Source: Bacteroidales bacterium (lineage in GTDB: Bacteria; Bacteroidota; Bacteroidia; Bacteroidales; VadinHA17). From it: a stretch of DNA of 64,000 nucleotides. The stretch covers positions 2,227 through 66,226 of the forward strand of contig JBFYPG010000116.1 of NCBI GenBank assembly GCA_041303415.1, read 5' to 3'. Below the pieces are notes generated by a model. That model was not told where the DNA came from. It saw only the letters and a program-made list of their open reading frames with translations, and did no database searches. Within the stretch, counting starts at the first letter, position 1; each line of letters starts with the position of its first letter. Made by a program: the position numbers and the translations under genes. Shown piece after piece: positions 48,593 through 58,078 of this stretch.

Positions 48593-49447
48593 ATGAAACA
48601 GGAACGTTCCTTCAAACCCATATCGGGTTATTGGGCTCTGCTGGCAGAAGTTATCTTCCTTGGCGGAGCAATTGCCGGATTCTATTTTCAAATGATCTGG
48701 CTTGGCATCGTGCTCACCACTCTGTTCTCATTTGTCCCGATAGGATTTACTGTGATAAATCCTAACGGATCATGCGTTATGGTTCTTTTCGGAGCCTACA
48801 AGGGAACCGTAAGGGAGAATGGATTCTTCTGGGTGAATCCCTTTTATACAAAGAGGAAAATATCCCTCAGGGCAAGGAATTTCGACAGCGAACCGATAAA
48901 GGTCAACGACAAGATCGGCAATCCGATAAAAATAGGATTTGTGCTTGTCTGGCGGGTTCAGGATACATTCAAAGCAGTGTTTGATGTGGATGATTACCAG
49001 CATTTTGTACTGGTTCAGAGTGATGCTGCCCTAAGGAAGCTTGCCGGTTTGTACCCGTATGACAATCTCGAGGATCATGAATCTTTACTGGCTCTTAGAA
49101 GCGGGGGAGAAGAGATCAATGACATGCTAGAGAAAGAGATCCGGGAAAGGCTCACAATTGCAGGTATAGAGGTTATTGAGGCCAGGATAAATTACATAGC
49201 TTATGCTGAAGAGATTGCCAATGCAATGCTAAGGCGTCAACAGGCTGCCGCAGTAGTTTCTGCAAGGTTTAAGATAGTCGAAGGCGCTGTTTCCATGGTT
49301 CAGATGGCCCTTGAACAGCTTTCCGACAAGAAGATCGTGGAATTTGACGAAGAGAAGAAAGCTGCTATGGTAAGCAACCTGATGGTTGTGCTCTGCGGCG
49401 ACAAGGACGCCACACCGGTGGTAAACGCAGGTACTTTACATACTTGA
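48593..49447 (+). CDS. SPFH/band 7 domain membrane protein
   Basis: N-terminal TM hairpin; KVNDKIGNPI, YAEEIANAMLRRQQA and MVSNLMVVLC motifs. Confidence 0.92.
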   Translation: MKQERSFKPISGYWALLAEVIFLGGAIAGFYFQMIWLGIVLTTLFSFVPIGFTVINPNGSCVMVLFGAYKGTVRENGFFWVNPFYTKRKISLRARNFDSEPIKVNDKIGNPIKIGFVLVWRVQDTFKAVFDVDDYQHFVLVQSDAALRKLAGLYPYDNLEDHESLLALRSGGEEINDMLEKEIRERLTIAGIEVIEARINYIAYAEEIANAMLRRQQAAAVVSARFKIVEGAVSMVQMALEQLSDKKIVEFDEEKKAAMVSNLMVVLCGDKDATPVVNAGTLHT

Positions 49448-49448
49448 T

Positions 49449-49631
49449 ATGAGTGAAAAGAAGCCATTTGTTCTCAGGATAGACCAGGAGAAGCTGAAGG
49501 CATTGGAGAAGTGGGCCGCTGATGAATTCCGCAGCACAAACGGGCAGATCGAGTACATACTTGATCAGGCTCTCCGTAAATCAGGCAGATGGAAAATTAA
49601 AACAGAAACTACTGATACCTCAGAAACATGA
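49449..49631 (+). CDS. Arc-like ribbon-helix-helix protein
   Basis: KKPFVLRID..KLKALEKWAADEFRSTNGQIEYIL motif. Confidence 0.85.
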   Translation: MSEKKPFVLRIDQEKLKALEKWAADEFRSTNGQIEYILDQALRKSGRWKIKTETTDTSET

Positions 49632-49668
49632 ATAAAACTGCTTGATTTTTTAACCAGCACATAAGTGT

Positions 49669-50373
49669 CTACTGGTTGATAAAGTAGATGGAATGGCAGG
49701 CAGCAATGCCTGCCGTTTCTGTTCTCAGCCTGCTGGTTCCTAAATGGATTTGAGTAAAAATATTACTCATTGCGGCTTTGACCTCATCCCTTGAAAAATC
49801 ACCCTCCGGACCAATCAGTATTACTGCGTTCTCCCCTTTATGATATACTTCTGAGATCTTCTTCCTGTCCATATCTCTGTGGCAATGAGCAATCATCAAT
49901 GTGCCTTCATGCTTCGCGGTGATGAAATCCGGAAAGTTCTCAGGCTTGTTAAGGATCGTTTCTTTTGCCTTCAGTGATTGTTTCATGGCCGAAATTATGA
50001 TATTCCTGATCCTGTCAGGCTTTATGCCTTTTTTTTCGGTGTTTTTACATATCAGGGGTGTAATATCATCTATGCCGAATTCCACAGCCTTCTCAACAAA
50101 CCACTCAAAGCGCTCAGGATTCTTGAGAGGCGATATGGCAATATGAAGCTTGTAATTCCTTTTTTCGAAATCCCTATGCACTGAATGAACTTCAATAATG
50201 CATCTTTTATGGTCAGGATCCTCAATAGCGCCTTCATACATATTCCCTTTCCCGTCAATCACTTTTACATGATCCCCTCTCTTCATTCTAAGAACTCTGA
50301 CAATATGCTTCGATTCATTTTCGTCAAAAGCGTAGGATTTACAAGAAATATCCGGAGCGTAAAATACCTGCAT
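49669..50373 (-). CDS. rsmE: 16S rRNA m3U1498 methyltransferase
   Basis: HIVRVLR, EKAVEFG, IGPEGDF and RLRTETAG motifs; start refined to ATG 50373. Confidence 0.95.
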   Translation of the reverse strand: MQVFYAPDISCKSYAFDENESKHIVRVLRMKRGDHVKVIDGKGNMYEGAIEDPDHKRCIIEVHSVHRDFEKRNYKLHIAISPLKNPERFEWFVEKAVEFGIDDITPLICKNTEKKGIKPDRIRNIIISAMKQSLKAKETILNKPENFPDFITAKHEGTLMIAHCHRDMDRKKISEVYHKGENAVILIGPEGDFSRDEVKAAMSNIFTQIHLGTSRLRTETAGIAACHSIYFINQ

Positions 50374-50423
50374 AGGAATAGGTTTATACAAAAATAGCAA
50401 TTCAGAATCCACTTTTATCAATA

Positions 50424-50504
50424 CCTTAGCGTTTCTTTGTGCCTTAGCGCCTTAGCGGCTTTTTTTTGCCACAAAGACGCGAAGGCGCCAAGGTTCGCCA
50501 AGAC
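50424..50504. repeat. Palindromic (CTTAGCG)n/(CGCNAAG)n element
   Basis: CTTAGCG units, a T-run, then CGCGAAG/CGCCAAG units; related in architecture to 10374..10465. Confidence 0.7.
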
Positions 50505-50524
50505 ACTTCTCAGCCAAATTCCAG

Positions 50525-50802
50525 ATGAAAATTGGATTGATATCGGACACACATGGATGGATACACCCGAGGCTTTTTGAGCATTTTAAGGATGTTGATG
50601 AGATATGGCATGCAGGTGACATTCGCATATAGCAAAAGTTATGTACGACAAAAAGGGCGGCTTCCTCTACATGAATCCCGGTGCTGCAGGATACAACGGA
50701 TTCCACAAATTCATGACAGCCGTCAGGTTCAACATAAACGGCGGTATGATCAATTCCCTTGAACTGATCGAGCTTGGAGAGAGAGGAAGGGTTACCTTAT
50801 AG
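50525..50802 (+). pseudogene. YfcE-like metallophosphoesterase with an internal deletion and frameshift
   Basis: MKIGLISDTHG..EIWHAGDI is joined at GACATT (50618..50623) to HSHIAKVMYDKKGGFLYMNPGAAG..ELGERG in another frame; the GNxD core is missing. Confidence 0.85.
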
Positions 50803-53800
50803 GTTCTCCGGGGATATCTCCAGGGCTTTCGCCTCTTATCCTCTGCAGGAACCTTGCAAGCCTGTCTTCAACAGCGATCATATATGTGTAGGGTAATCTT
50901 ACAGTGGCATCAGGATGCTTCCTCAGGTTCTGCTTGATATTGGCTATCAGTGAATTGTAGTTGATATTGTATGCCTGGGTCATCATGTTCCCCCTGATAT
51001 AGCTGAAATAGTACCAGGTGGTCTCGCTCGCTTTCAGATAGATGTCGAACATATCTCCCGACCTTCTGCGCTGGATCTCAATGTAACCATCAACATAAAC
51101 GTTCACCGGCTGGGTTCCGATGAATCCGATTCCTATCGGACCCTGTGACCTGAATGAAGAGGAAGACTCATTCCAGTATAGTTTGACATCGTTAAGCATG
51201 ATTTCGAAATTGAACTCCCGCGGCAGGTTCCTTGAGGTTCCAAAAAGATCAAGCTCCTCCTTCATTTGTGATGCAGCTTCAATACCGATAAGATCCTTCA
51301 TGCCCTTCACATACATCTCGTTGTTGAGGTTTACCGGCTTGAGAGTCGGCACCATTCTTATCTCATCGCTCATCATCTTCAGGGCCTCGGGTGAAAAATG
51401 GAAGTCAAATGCCAGGATGGCATCAATGTTCACATCATTGGAATCAAGGGTGTGCAGAACCTTGCCGGCGCTCGCCATCTTTACAAGATCGTAGTTTGTT
51501 CCGAAATTGAGCTTGCCCTCACCCGACAGTATGCAATAGCTGCGGTCGTAAGCCACCATGCTGCCATGAAGGCTCTGATCTGCAAGCTTTTCGCGTGAAG
51601 TAATGACATAACGGGTCTTTGCCTTGTCAAAATACAGGAAGCCGTTTGCACTTACAAGGTTGGCATCGGTCCATGATTTCTGGGCTGAAAGGAATGTAGG
51701 ATAGATATGGATGGAATCTATATTAAGGAACGACCCCGAGAAGATCAGATTATCGTTTATATCACGTGGTTTCTCGCTGATGGGGATCATTACGTTTCTG
51801 GGGTCAATATTTGACTTGAACTTGACAGGGAAGCTTTTAATCTCGTCGCAATTGTGGATGATCCCTGCCGAGCCCGTGAATGAAAGTAACTGGTTTGCCG
51901 CATAAAGATTGATATCACCGGAGAAGGAAAAGTCAGGGCTGAGCATAAAATTCTGGCTGACAGGGATATATCCTTTTGCACTCGTAACCATCGTATCAAC
52001 GGTGACCTCAGCGAAAGCAATCTGCTGGATATCCTTGTTCTCATCAACGTAGTCATACATTGCTGTCCCCGAATACTTCTTTGTTGATTCTATATCGATC
52101 CGGGCAGTATGCAGGATATGCTTGTTATTGACAGCTATCACGGCATTCTGAAGCTGCTGTATCTTTGCTCTCCTGTTGATGACTATCTTTCCTTTATCAG
52201 GCTGTATCAGGGCATCTGCAATATGTATGTAATTTATGTTTTCCGCTTCAACATACTCCTCGTTCAGGTGGTAACTGCCCTTGTATGAGGTGAATGCAAT
52301 AGTGTCGTTAACGACATTCGTTGAAAAGAAAGTGGGCTTTTCAAGATTGGCGAAATCAAGTGCCAGGAGCTTGTCATGCGGCAGGATCTCCGTATCCTTC
52401 TTTCCTTTTTGTTCCATCTCCAGCACCTTGGCAGCCATATCGTAGGTGAAATCGGTCATTGTGCAGATATACTGTATTTCCGGGAATTTTACCATCGAAG
52501 TATCGGTGTTCAGATGAAACTGCGTCATCTGCAGGTCGAAATTGATATCTGTCCTGACGTTTTCGGCAATGAATGCATAACCACTGGTTGATGGCGATTT
52601 GAGGTTATATACTGAAGTATCTGCCTTAATCTGGCCAGAAGCAAAGCTGAAGAGGTCAGAGGTGATGTTGGAGTCGGTAGTGTTTATTACACCCGATCCC
52701 CTGAGCACCGACGGAGTAAGTGTCAGCTGCCCGTAAAGGGAAGTCCTGTTATCGAACATTTCAAAGTACTTGCCCTGTGCATTTGTGGCCAGCCATTCAT
52801 CTTTACCGGTAAGCCATTTGATGGCAACATCATCTGAAATTACCGATGGGAACAGGCCTGAACCATCCTTATCGATGTCGAAAGATGTTGCCCGGGTAAC
52901 CATCGAATCGGGGAAGAATCTGAACTCTTCCGACCTGGTTGTGGATGTAAGGTGTTTCAGTGAACCGCCGCCGATGAGCCCCCTGTTGCTCATATTGATG
53001 CTTTTATAAAGAACACCCCTGTCGTCGTAAACCCCGATACCCTCTTCAGGGATAGTCATATTGAATCCCAGTGAATTGTTTTCCTGGATCGTAAGGTACT
53101 GTCTTGTCGGCTTAAGAATGTTTCCCGCCACGAATTCTCCCACAAGGTTCATATCCTCATTGGTGTAATGATCAATATTCTCATACGTAAAAGGATCGAC
53201 CTTGAAATAGAAGTCCTGCTGCGGATAGATCCCTTCCAGTCCGGGTATCTTGTCGAAGAAGATATATGAGAAGGTCACAGCATTTATGATCGGATACTGC
53301 TTCAGGCTTTTAAGTCCCGATTTGTTATCAGGCTCGTCGATATAGAGCTCGGCAGTGCCCAGCTGAATGAGATTATCCACCTCTTTAATGACCGGGTTGC
53401 CGTAATTATCTCTCTGTTCGGTTTCCACGGCGATCCTGATGGAGTCGATCTTCTCGAGCCTTATCTTGAATGTATCATAGCTGAATGAGAAGTTATGCCC
53501 GAAAACAGTAAATAGGCCTGCCTCAACGACTCCGTCAAATTCAAGGTCCCGGTTCCTGCCGATCACAACCTGCTGTTTGTAGGGATATATTGCTACGCGC
53601 TGTGAATCGCTCAGATATACTCCGGTGACACCGTTAACGGTAAGACGGAAATTACGGAGATCAAGGACAGCATTATCAAGCGGTGCCTTGGTCTCACTTA
53701 CAATGCTTATGACATCATAGTCCTGCTTCTTTGAAAAAGAATCCAGGAAGTCAAATACCTTTTCCTTAAGGGTGACCTCATTGTATTTCCTGTTGTAGAA

Positions 53801-55291
53801 GATAAAACCCCTGTTGGCCATATCGATGCACAGCGATGTGACCGCTTCCCTGGGCCTGTTTAGCCATTTGGCGAACTCTTCTACCGGGAATGTCTGGGAA
53901 TAGTAATACTCAGCAAATCTTTTTAGAAGGAACAGGGGATGGTAATCATCCATTCCTGCAAGCCTCATGAAATAGTTGGCATTGAAGAATGATCTTGATT
54001 CAAATTGCGCCTGCCCGAGAGCTGCTCCCCTGGCGCGCGAAAGAACAATGTCCGAACTTTTCATGTCCCATGACAGGTATTCAAAGTACATGTCAATGTT
54101 GTGGAAGGAATTGAAATACGGGCTTTTAGATACGGGATTGTTGCCCCTGAACAGGTTAACCTGCCTCAATTCGGCATTGTAAGAAAATGCAAGGTTTGAA
54201 TGGAATATCGAATCTGTGCCGAGATACAGCGACATGGTCGTTTCAGAGCTGTTTAGCCCGCTTTTTGAGAAGATGAACTCATCCGACTGAATTTTAAGGT
54301 AAAGCGTGTCATTCCTGAAAAGAGTGATCCTGGCGGGCACGAATCTTGTACCGGTGCCTTTTACATTTGACCCTTCGAAGTTGAGTCCTCCTTCATAATT
54401 GACACCTTCATAAATATTGTCAAGCCTGAATTCCTTAATATATGTCTCAAAGACCGGGAAATTGGCTCTTTCCTTGTTTCTGAAGCTGATGGACTGGTCG
54501 GTCAGCTGCCCGTAAACCGGTTCCCTGAAATATGTTTTGTGAGTAAGCTTTGCGGAATCAACCGTGAAGCTGTTTCTGGCAATGTTTATAGTATACCCTT
54601 CAATCTCAGTGAATACATCCTCCCTGGCATATCCGGCCTTTTCCCATGTTATTATGCCTTTACTGCCATGGAACTGCTGAATCTCAGGAAAATAATAACC
54701 CGATGCATTGTATATTTCAGTGCTGTCCTTTTGTGAGTAGCAGGTGAGCGTGGCATTTGTAATCTCAACAAAGAATACGGTATCATGCAGAAATTTAAGC
54801 GGGCTCTCCTTGACTTTCCAGCGAATGGCTGTTGATTCCGACAATATATTTTCTTCAATCATCAACCCGGTATTCTTAATATACCTTGCTATCCTGTCGG
54901 TGGTAAACCGCGGATTGAAGAGCGTCTCGCTCAGTCCTGCCAGCCAGTTTCCGAGTATCTCTCCGCTGTTTTCCCTGTTGGTAAATGCCCTTAGTGTAAG
55001 AAAGAAATCATTAAAATGCGGAACAGGCCTCATTGATCTTGCCGAAAACTGGCTCATGATATCGACGATCCTGGTCATGTTTTCCCGGCTGTAAGCTGAA
55101 CTGTCCCAGCCGGCAAGGAAGGTATTGAGGTTTGATTTCTGATCATCGTTGAGGTTAGGCCCCATGAACAGTGTTAGCTCATCCCTTAATTTGGAGAGGT
55201 CGCCGGTGAATGGCGATTTTGCCTGTGAAAAAAGGTCAGCCGGCAAAATTACCCGGAGTACCAGACTGAGAATTACCAGCTTCTTCCACAT
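50792..55291 (-). CDS. Large (1499 aa) secreted beta-rich hypothetical protein
   Basis: Signal peptide, uninterrupted ORF, mostly amphipathic beta-strands with a few helical inserts. Confidence 0.85.
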   Translation of the reverse strand: MWKKLVILSLVLRVILPADLFSQAKSPFTGDLSKLRDELTLFMGPNLNDDQKSNLNTFLAGWDSSAYSRENMTRIVDIMSQFSARSMRPVPHFNDFFLTLRAFTNRENSGEILGNWLAGLSETLFNPRFTTDRIARYIKNTGLMIEENILSESTAIRWKVKESPLKFLHDTVFFVEITNATLTCYSQKDSTEIYNASGYYFPEIQQFHGSKGIITWEKAGYAREDVFTEIEGYTINIARNSFTVDSAKLTHKTYFREPVYGQLTDQSISFRNKERANFPVFETYIKEFRLDNIYEGVNYEGGLNFEGSNVKGTGTRFVPARITLFRNDTLYLKIQSDEFIFSKSGLNSSETTMSLYLGTDSIFHSNLAFSYNAELRQVNLFRGNNPVSKSPYFNSFHNIDMYFEYLSWDMKSSDIVLSRARGAALGQAQFESRSFFNANYFMRLAGMDDYHPLFLLKRFAEYYYSQTFPVEEFAKWLNRPREAVTSLCIDMANRGFIFYNRKYNEVTLKEKVFDFLDSFSKKQDYDVISIVSETKAPLDNAVLDLRNFRLTVNGVTGVYLSDSQRVAIYPYKQQVVIGRNRDLEFDGVVEAGLFTVFGHNFSFSYDTFKIRLEKIDSIRIAVETEQRDNYGNPVIKEVDNLIQLGTAELYIDEPDNKSGLKSLKQYPIINAVTFSYIFFDKIPGLEGIYPQQDFYFKVDPFTYENIDHYTNEDMNLVGEFVAGNILKPTRQYLTIQENNSLGFNMTIPEEGIGVYDDRGVLYKSINMSNRGLIGGGSLKHLTSTTRSEEFRFFPDSMVTRATSFDIDKDGSGLFPSVISDDVAIKWLTGKDEWLATNAQGKYFEMFDNRTSLYGQLTLTPSVLRGSGVINTTDSNITSDLFSFASGQIKADTSVYNLKSPSTSGYAFIAENVRTDINFDLQMTQFHLNTDTSMVKFPEIQYICTMTDFTYDMAAKVLEMEQKGKKDTEILPHDKLLALDFANLEKPTFFSTNVVNDTIAFTSYKGSYHLNEEYVEAENINYIHIADALIQPDKGKIVINRRAKIQQLQNAVIAVNNKHILHTARIDIESTKKYSGTAMYDYVDENKDIQQIAFAEVTVDTMVTSAKGYIPVSQNFMLSPDFSFSGDINLYAANQLLSFTGSAGIIHNCDEIKSFPVKFKSNIDPRNVMIPISEKPRDINDNLIFSGSFLNIDSIHIYPTFLSAQKSWTDANLVSANGFLYFDKAKTRYVITSREKLADQSLHGSMVAYDRSYCILSGEGKLNFGTNYDLVKMASAGKVLHTLDSNDVNIDAILAFDFHFSPEALKMMSDEIRMVPTLKPVNLNNEMYVKGMKDLIGIEAASQMKEELDLFGTSRNLPREFNFEIMLNDVKLYWNESSSSFRSQGPIGIGFIGTQPVNVYVDGYIEIQRRRSGDMFDIYLKASETTWYYFSYIRGNMMTQAYNINYNSLIANIKQNLRKHPDATVRLPYTYMIAVEDRLARFLQRIRGESPGDIPGEPIR

Positions 55292-55317
55292 ATTAATGAT
55301 ATTTAGTTATTTAGCGC

Positions 55318-56076
55318 CTATATTGCTTCCACGATTGCAGTGAAATCCTCTTTTTTGAGCGATGCTCCTCCGATAAGTCCGCCGTCAACATCGGGTTTTG
55401 AAAAGATCTCTTTTGCATTTGAAGGTTTGCAGCTTCCGCCGTACAGAATGGTCATGCCATCAGCGCATTCTTTTCCATATTTCTCCCTGACAAGCCCGCG
55501 GATGTACTGGTGCATTTCCTGTGCCTGCTCCGGCGTTGCAGTCAGCCCTGTGCCTATAGCCCATACAGGTTCATAAGCGATCACTACATTATTCATCTGC
55601 CCGGCAGGAAGAGTGAAGAGACCTTCTTCAAGCTGGCGCCTGACAACTATCAGATGCTTTCCTTCTTCTCTTTCTTCCTTTACTTCACCGCAGCAAAAAA
55701 TGACTTTCAGCCCTGTATTGAGCGCCAGCATCGTTTTTTTGTTCAACATCCTGTCATCCTCGTGGTAATACGATCTTCTTTCAGAATGGCCGATGATGAC
55801 ATATCCTGCCCCGGTGCTTTCAACCATCATGGCCGATACTTCACCCGTAAATGCGCCCGACGGTTCTGATGAGCAGTTCTGGGCTCCCAGCTCCACCCTG
55901 CCGCCTTTAAGTATTCCGGAAATGCCCGGCAGATGTATGAAGGGAGTGCAGAGTATCACTTCTGCCCGTGCAGATGGCTTCTCCCTGAAATACTGATCAA
56001 TGCTTTTTGCAAATTGCAGTCCCTCATCAAGAGTCATATTCATTTTCCAGTTGCCTGCGACGATTTTCTTTCTCAT
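55318..56076 (-). CDS. tpiA: Triosephosphate isomerase
   Basis: [23 protein letters not shown] and GGLIGGASL motifs. Confidence 0.98.
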   Translation of the reverse strand: MRKKIVAGNWKMNMTLDEGLQFAKSIDQYFREKPSARAEVILCTPFIHLPGISGILKGGRVELGAQNCSSEPSGAFTGEVSAMMVESTGAGYVIIGHSERRSYYHEDDRMLNKKTMLALNTGLKVIFCCGEVKEEREEGKHLIVVRRQLEEGLFTLPAGQMNNVVIAYEPVWAIGTGLTATPEQAQEMHQYIRGLVREKYGKECADGMTILYGGSCKPSNAKEIFSKPDVDGGLIGGASLKKEDFTAIVEAI

Positions 56077-56099
56077 AGAATAATGTGTTTAAGTTAAGA

Positions 56100-57209
56100 T
56101 TATTGTTTGGTTATGATCTTCTGTAAAGCTTCTTTTTCAGGCACATTTGCCCATGACCACTTGCCAGTGATGGTTCCCTTTTCAAGAATCATGTATCCCG
56201 GATTTGATCTGACCATTGTTTTAAGCGTGATCTCATCGGTGAAGCAAAAATTAAGTCCGTTGCCGTGACGGGCGGCCTGGTCAGCTCCTGAAGCTGTAAG
56301 GATATAGAATTCAATTGAATTTTCTCCGCACCATCTGCCAAGGTCAAATCCTTCCCTCAGATATTCCGGATCGGCTTCTTCAAGCTTCCTGCTTATCATC
56401 AGGAGAACGGGCATTTCAGATGATAGTATCTTATCTGTAAGGTCAGTACCTTCCGGAGTTACCATTGTAAGGTCATGTATCGGAGGCTCATAGCCTTTTG
56501 ATACGAGCTCCGATTTCTGGTCAACGAATTTCCATGTTGTATCGTCAGCCGGATAGTTGTCGAGGGTGAATTCCTCCCTTTCGCCGTTCTTTTCGTATAT
56601 GAATGTAGTCTCATACCTGTCTGGCGGTGCACCTTCAGGGATTATCATTTTATCAGGTATATGAGTTCCTGTTTTATATGGAAGGAAGTCAACTACGGGA
56701 AGATATCTTAGATTATATGCTATGAATGCGAGGAACATGACTGTGATGATTGATAGTATAGCCCATTCCCTTGTGATCCCCTGGTGAGGTGTGATGTATT
56801 TTCTGGTAACAAACAGGTAACTGGCAGGTATTATGATGACAATGTTTTTAAAGAATGTCTGCCAGTTTGTGAGATGGATGGCATCGCCGAAGCATCCGCA
56901 ATCAGAGACCGGGTTTGTGAGGGCAAGCACGAATGTGAGAGGAGTAAATATTATCATCATTATCAGGACGATCCATACGCCGGCCTTCTGCCTGATATTA
57001 AAAAGGACACTGAATCCACCAATGAACTCGGACGTGCAAAGCACAATTGCAGCAACCAGGCTGAGGCTGCTAAGAAAGTCAAGGTTGAAAGCGTGGAAAT
57101 AATCCTGAAGCTTGTAAACCGTCCCCATGGGATCAATCGCCTTGACCGTTCCTGAGAAAATGAAAACGATTCCGGTTAAGATCCTGCTTATAATTCTCAT
57201 TATCTTCAT
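56100..57209 (-). CDS. BT_3928-family (DoxX/MauE-like plus thioredoxin-like) membrane protein
   Basis: SGTVKAIDPMG, DCGCFGDA and TMVRSNPG motifs. Confidence 0.85.
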   Translation of the reverse strand: MKIMRIISRILTGIVFIFSGTVKAIDPMGTVYKLQDYFHAFNLDFLSSLSLVAAIVLCTSEFIGGFSVLFNIRQKAGVWIVLIMMIIFTPLTFVLALTNPVSDCGCFGDAIHLTNWQTFFKNIVIIIPASYLFVTRKYITPHQGITREWAILSIITVMFLAFIAYNLRYLPVVDFLPYKTGTHIPDKMIIPEGAPPDRYETTFIYEKNGEREEFTLDNYPADDTTWKFVDQKSELVSKGYEPPIHDLTMVTPEGTDLTDKILSSEMPVLLMISRKLEEADPEYLREGFDLGRWCGENSIEFYILTASGADQAARHGNGLNFCFTDEITLKTMVRSNPGYMILEKGTITGKWSWANVPEKEALQKIITKQ

Positions 57210-57210
57210 A

Positions 57211-57897
57211 TTACAGTAGTTTTCTTTCCTTTATCCTGCTTATTATGCGCTCAAAGATCATCTCCTGGGGAAGCATGCCGCCTTTTTCGTCGCTGCAGTT
57301 CACTATACAGAGCCGGTCATGAGCAGCTGATACATGTATATATATCTCCCTTACTTTTTTCTGGAAGGCAAGGGATTCCTCATGTATATCCCGGGTGCCG
57401 TTCAGGTAATCCCTGTCCTGGCCGGTTCGCGACAATGAGAGTTTCTTTTCAGTAAATGAAAACGGCACATCAAGGAAAATGTTAAGGTCGGGCACAGGTA
57501 TGGAGAAATGGCGGAATTCGAGATCCAGGATCCAGTTCATCAGCCTTTCCCGTTCTTTGGGATCATCGATTTTTGCGCACTGGTAAGCGATATTTGAATA
57601 TGTATACCGGTCAAGCAGCACGATCCTGCTCTGACTGAGCCAGCCGTTTATCATTTCAGAAGCATCTTTCCTGTCGCCGGCATACAGCATGGCAACGAGC
57701 CAGGGATCAACCTCATTCAACGAGCCGAATTCGCCTCTGAGGAACCTGGCGACAAGCTCCCCGAAATAAGGGGCATCGGTACGCGGAAAATGAAGGAATT
57801 CGCAGCTGTAGCCTTTTTCAGAAAAGAATTTGTTAAGCAATCTGATCTGAGTGGATTTTCCTGCTCCGTCGAGTCCTTCAACTACAAAAAGCTTCAT
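57211..57897 (-). CDS. tmk: Thymidylate (dTMP) kinase
   Basis: EGLDGAGKSTQ, FPR, LYAGDR and LDRYTYSN motifs; start refined to ATG 57897. Confidence 0.93.
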   Translation of the reverse strand: MKLFVVEGLDGAGKSTQIRLLNKFFSEKGYSCEFLHFPRTDAPYFGELVARFLRGEFGSLNEVDPWLVAMLYAGDRKDASEMINGWLSQSRIVLLDRYTYSNIAYQCAKIDDPKERERLMNWILDLEFRHFSIPVPDLNIFLDVPFSFTEKKLSLSRTGQDRDYLNGTRDIHEESLAFQKKVREIYIHVSAAHDRLCIVNCSDEKGGMLPQEMIFERIISRIKERKLL

Positions 57898-57919
57898 GTT
57901 GTCGTATTTGCCTTCAGTA

Positions 57920-57927
57920 CAAATGTA
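57920..57927 (-). promoter_or_regulatory. -7 box (TACATTTG) for tmk
   Basis: TAnnTTTG 22 bp upstream of the ATG. Confidence 0.6.
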
Positions 57928-57938
57928 ATAAGCAATCC

Positions 57939-57983
57939 TTAAACCACAAAGAACACGAAGTACACTCAAAGAGCACTAAGGGT
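57939..57983. repeat. Left arm of a (CACNAAG)n element
   Basis: TTAAACCACAAAG..CACGAAG..CTCAAAG..CACTAAG, resembling the arms at 10374 and 50469. Confidence 0.55.
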
Positions 57984-58078
57984 TTAAGGCGTCCTTTGTG
58001 TACAAATAAAGGACTTCTTAATGATACTCATTGATGGTTCTAATAATTTCGTTAATTTCGGAAGTTAAATGAAATTGA

